A DNA stretch of 20,000 nucleotides from an uncultured virus (IMG/VR IMGVR_UViG_3300020577_008970) (Duplodnaviria; Heunggongvirae; Uroviricota; Caudoviricetes), in IMG/VR virus record IMGVR_UViG_3300020577_008970. One strand, 5' to 3'. The translations under genes and the position numbers were made by a program. This document shows, in pieces, positions 17,395 through 20,000 of the stretch (its first letter is position 1; the number at the start of each line of letters is the position of its first letter). The notes beneath the pieces are model-generated. The model did no database searches. It was not told where the DNA came from and saw nothing but the letters and a program-made list of their open reading frames with translations.

Positions 17395-18615
17395 CTAATT
17401 TTTCGCCAAGTCGTCGAGCTTAACTTTGCCTTCAGCAGAGAGCTCTTTCAATTTATCGCGAATAGTCTTTCGTGTATAACTTTCTTCTTCTTGGGCTGCT
17501 TCTTCGGGCGAAGACACATCACCCATAAATGTAAACATCGATCTTGCAGTGTCAATCTTGAATGAGTACACAAGGCCATCTTTACCGGCGCGGTTCTTTG
17601 CAATGTGGAGCCTACCCCAGCCGTGATACTTTTCTGACGATTTCCTTGAAAGTGATATCACGACGTCTGCGACCATTGCTTTTCCATACGATTCGCTCAT
17701 TGATTCTAGACCTACCACATCATTCTGCGATGAATCACGATTAATTTGTGATGCGGTCCAAATGGGTATCTTAAGTTCGTCAGCATAACTACGCAATTCT
17801 TCGTAAATCAACTTAAGCTCATGTCGCAAAGAATCATATTGTCGAGAAGATCGCATAATATCAGCGTAATCAATAATGATCAAATCTGGAACGAAGCCTT
17901 TCAACGCCAACTTTTCTACGTGTGAACGCATCGTATGAATTGTGCATGTATTCGCAGGGTATGACTTGATGATTAATCTGCCATATTTGTTTTCTTTATA
18001 CTTCTGCAGCACAAGCTCTTTAGACTCGATTAGATCATTCACAGAAATGTCACACAAATTCGAATCATATCGCATTCCTGTAAGTGTCTCGGAAAGTTCA
18101 AACGTATAGTGAATTACGTTCTTCCCTAACTTCAATGCGTTGGCACCAATCTGTACGAGAAAATGCGAATTATGTGACAATACGTTATTCGTAAAATACG
18201 AATGTGCTATAGCAACTTGAACGTCACACAATCTTTCTTTTCGTGCGGTTTCTTTTATAGAAATAATATTCGTTCTTCCAAGCGGCGTCAAGATTTGATC
18301 TGTGATATCAATGTCTCTAAGTTTTTGCCATCCGTTATTTCTTGTTAAGAGAACATGATCTGGTGAACACAAAAGTGTTTGAACTGTTCCGTCAAATGTA
18401 TAGCATAATTCGTACAACTCTTCTTTGACAGTCCACCTGAAGCCGTCGACATTGTAATATCCACCGGCGGACAATATTTCGATTCCCCAACGATTTACAA
18501 TGTACGAATCACCAGATTCATCGTCTGGTGCAGTTGTCTCAGGAAATAATACACTATCGAATAGTTCCCCAAGCATCACTTCTTCTTCACTATTGAAAAA
18601 TTCTATCGTAAGCAT
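17395..18615 (-). CDS. dnaB: Split-intein C-fragment (149 aa) fused to the C-terminal part of a DnaB/gp41-like replicative helicase
   Basis: Intein blocks B ('LCSPDHVL'), F ('LCDVQV..HSYFTN') and G ('SHN|S'). The extein has helicase motifs 'HYTFEL', Walker B 'LIIIDYAD', 'IWTASQINR', 'SESYGKAMVADVVISL' and 'IAKNRAG'. Confidence 0.93.
   Translation of the reverse strand: MLTIEFFNSEEEVMLGELFDSVLFPETTAPDDESGDSYIVNRWGIEILSAGGYYNVDGFRWTVKEELYELCYTFDGTVQTLLCSPDHVLLTRNNGWQKLRDIDITDQILTPLGRTNIISIKETARKERLCDVQVAIAHSYFTNNVLSHNSHFLVQIGANALKLGKNVIHYTFELSETLTGMRYDSNLCDISVNDLIESKELVLQKYKENKYGRLIIKSYPANTCTIHTMRSHVEKLALKGFVPDLIIIDYADIMRSSRQYDSLRHELKLIYEELRSYADELKIPIWTASQINRDSSQNDVVGLESMSESYGKAMVADVVISLSRKSSEKYHGWGRLHIAKNRAGKDGLVYSFKIDTARSMFTFMGDVSSPEEAAQEEESYTRKTIRDKLKELSAEGKVKLDDLAKN
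18169..18615 (-). mobile_element. Split intein C-fragment (IntC, 149 aa)
   Basis: Lacks block A (no N-terminal Cys/Ser motif) but has blocks B, F and G, ending His-Asn before Ser(+1). Confidence 0.88.
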
Positions 18616-19858
18616 CTGTAACTTTCTTTAGTTGGGCTTCTTTATCATTTATCCAGTCATGTTCCCAAATTACAATTACAAGAAATCCATTGTCTTTTAA
18701 TCCTGTTAACTTCTTCTCATCATGCGCCCACATCATTTCGGCAGTTACATTATTGTAAACTTTGTGTTTTTCATCATGCTTAAACATCGATGGATGCATA
18801 TGCCAAAAAGTACCAAAATATTCAATAGCAATATTATTTTTAACATCTAAAATGTCAATATTCCAACGTTTAAAATGTCCATTGTGTACTGCTGTCGGAC
18901 TTATTTTCGAAACAAATTCAAACAACTCAATTTCAGCTTTCGATCTATATGTCGGATTTCTTAGGCTTGGAGAGGCTGCAATTTTTGCTAAAGCTTCTTC
19001 AGTGTGTTTTTTACCCCACATCGGGTGCTTTTCTTCTTTTCGACCATAAGCAGGTGTCAGCCGTTTAGCAGTTTGACGATCTACATTCTTACGTTTCATA
19101 ATAGATTCAAGTGACATTGGATTGTTATCACCTGAAAATCGTTCTGAAAAACGTTGTTTAATTTCTGGTGTGTTACTGTGCGCAGATACACTTTTTTGAT
19201 ATTCAGATATAGACTGCCGGATTTCTTCATCGTCGATGATTCCCTTTGCAACCCAATAATCTCGCTTATTTGGTAACAATGCAGCTTTCGCAGCAGCTAT
19301 AAATTTTTCTCGATATTCGATATCATTTGCCATTTTCTCTTTCATATGCAATGAATTTCGTTTTTTTTCTGCATTTGATGCTTGCTGCAAACAACAATCG
19401 CCAAATTTCATTTTATATTCTTGGGTAGTCATTTTGTGCTTACCCACGATGTGAAATATCAATGATGATATCGATTCAAAACCACAAATCTGGCAGCGAA
19501 GAATCTGCTTACCTTCGCTAATCATTTCTTCTTTCTTTTTTTGTGAATGAATCCGAAATTGCTTTGCGGGAGAATCTTTTTTCCTTTTTGTTTCGCGCAT
19601 TTTTGCAATTTGTGCAGTTGTCAGCTTTATTACTTCAGCACCAGGAAATTCACTCTTATATTGACTGATTTCGTATTTGTGAAATCTTGTTATATGTGTT
19701 ACTAAATTATTCGAAACTAATCCACATAACATACACACTAACTTAGATTCACTTGACGAGTTCATCTGTAGCGAGTATATCTCTTGCGAAGATGATTCCT
19801 CGTTTTGTTCTGAGCTTATCCCAGGGCTTATAGCTTTTTCCGTTAATTTTGATTCCAT
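18590..19858 (-). CDS. Free-standing putative homing endonuclease (two C2H2-like Zn fingers, NUMOD3 motif, Vsr/DUF559-like nuclease domain)
   Basis: CxxC...HxxxxH...Y...F occurs twice. 'HPMWGKKHTEEALAKI' is NUMOD3-like. 'SKAEIELFEF...DI.....IAIEYFGTFWH...DEKK......GFLVIVIWEHD' is Vsr-like. The true start is probably the ATG at 19765 (MNSSSES), which overlaps the IntN stop. Confidence 0.85.
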   Translation of the reverse strand: MESKLTEKAISPGISSEQNEESSSQEIYSLQMNSSSESKLVCMLCGLVSNNLVTHITRFHKYEISQYKSEFPGAEVIKLTTAQIAKMRETKRKKDSPAKQFRIHSQKKKEEMISEGKQILRCQICGFESISSLIFHIVGKHKMTTQEYKMKFGDCCLQQASNAEKKRNSLHMKEKMANDIEYREKFIAAAKAALLPNKRDYWVAKGIIDDEEIRQSISEYQKSVSAHSNTPEIKQRFSERFSGDNNPMSLESIMKRKNVDRQTAKRLTPAYGRKEEKHPMWGKKHTEEALAKIAASPSLRNPTYRSKAEIELFEFVSKISPTAVHNGHFKRWNIDILDVKNNIAIEYFGTFWHMHPSMFKHDEKHKVYNNVTAEMMWAHDEKKLTGLKDNGFLVIVIWEHDWINDKEAQLKKVTDAYDRIFQ

Positions 19859-20000
19859 TATATCTAATATATACCTTCGTATCTCTAAAACTGCATTTCC
19901 CTCCTCCTGTTGCCGCGCAGGCTACACCCAATTCACCTCCTCCAAGGCCGCCATTGAGGATTTCCTTCCTGTCTAGCTGTTCTATTCCTGTTGGAACACA
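19749..20000 (-). CDS. dnaB: N-terminal part of the DnaB-like helicase fused to the split-intein N-fragment (5' end runs off the window)
   Basis: The frame is open from 20000: CVPTGIEQLDRKEILNGGLGGGELGVACAATGGGK|CSFRDTKVYIRY...DELVK*. 'PTG...LD...GGL..GEL.......GGGK' is the DnaB H1/Walker A region. Confidence 0.92.
   Translation of the reverse strand, partial: CVPTGIEQLDRKEILNGGLGGGELGVACAATGGGKCSFRDTKVYIRYNGIKINGKSYKPWDKLRTKRGIIFARDILATDELVK
19752..19895 (-). mobile_element. Split intein N-fragment (IntN, 48 aa)
   Basis: Block A 'CSFRDTKV' directly follows the Walker A Lys, and a stop occurs after 48 residues. Confidence 0.88.

Noticed and set aside
19766..19858. First 31 codons of the 422-aa endonuclease ORF
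   Set aside because: This Ser/Glu-rich stretch is probably just the +1 frame of IntN. The ATG at 19765 next to the IntN stop is the more plausible start.
18590..19895. Group I intron or single contiguous intein as the explanation for the interrupted helicase
   Set aside because: The upstream fragment has intein block A and the downstream ORF has its own ATG plus blocks B, F and G. The three ORFs overlap, leaving no non-coding room for an intron core. A contiguous intein would need two independent frameshifts, and its endonuclease would normally lie after block B, not before it. This is not formally excluded without reads.
1..20000. CRISPR array, tRNA/rRNA genes, or an alternative genetic code
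   Set aside because: No regularly spaced repeats or cloverleaf/rRNA signatures were seen. Long ORFs are intact in the standard code, and the two gene breaks involve frame changes rather than in-frame stops.

Overview
This looks like a segment of a large (probably jumbo) tailed-phage genome, with almost all genes on the minus strand. The right half is a replication and nucleotide-metabolism block: a DnaB-like helicase, a class II ribonucleotide reductase (NrdJ) with two cis-inteins, ThyX, dTMP kinase, a dimeric dUTPase/MazG-like protein and Hsp20. The left half is a block of probable virion/fibre genes, with a HAD 5'-nucleotidase cut off at the left edge. The main finding is that the helicase is a fractured gene, broken inside its Walker A motif (GGGK|S) by an atypically split intein. 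A short basic 48-aa N-fragment and a long 149-aa C-fragment with an acidic N-terminus sit in different reading frames. A free-standing Zn-finger/NUMOD3/Vsr-like endonuclease gene lies between them and overlaps both. Other observations are a G9 homopolymer frameshift that splits a collagen/Gly-rich fibre gene (phase variation or sequencing error), a recurrent CGATATTTA motif upstream of five probable late genes, and a stand-alone copy of a fibre N-terminal module. All calls come from reading motifs by eye; no database searches were run.
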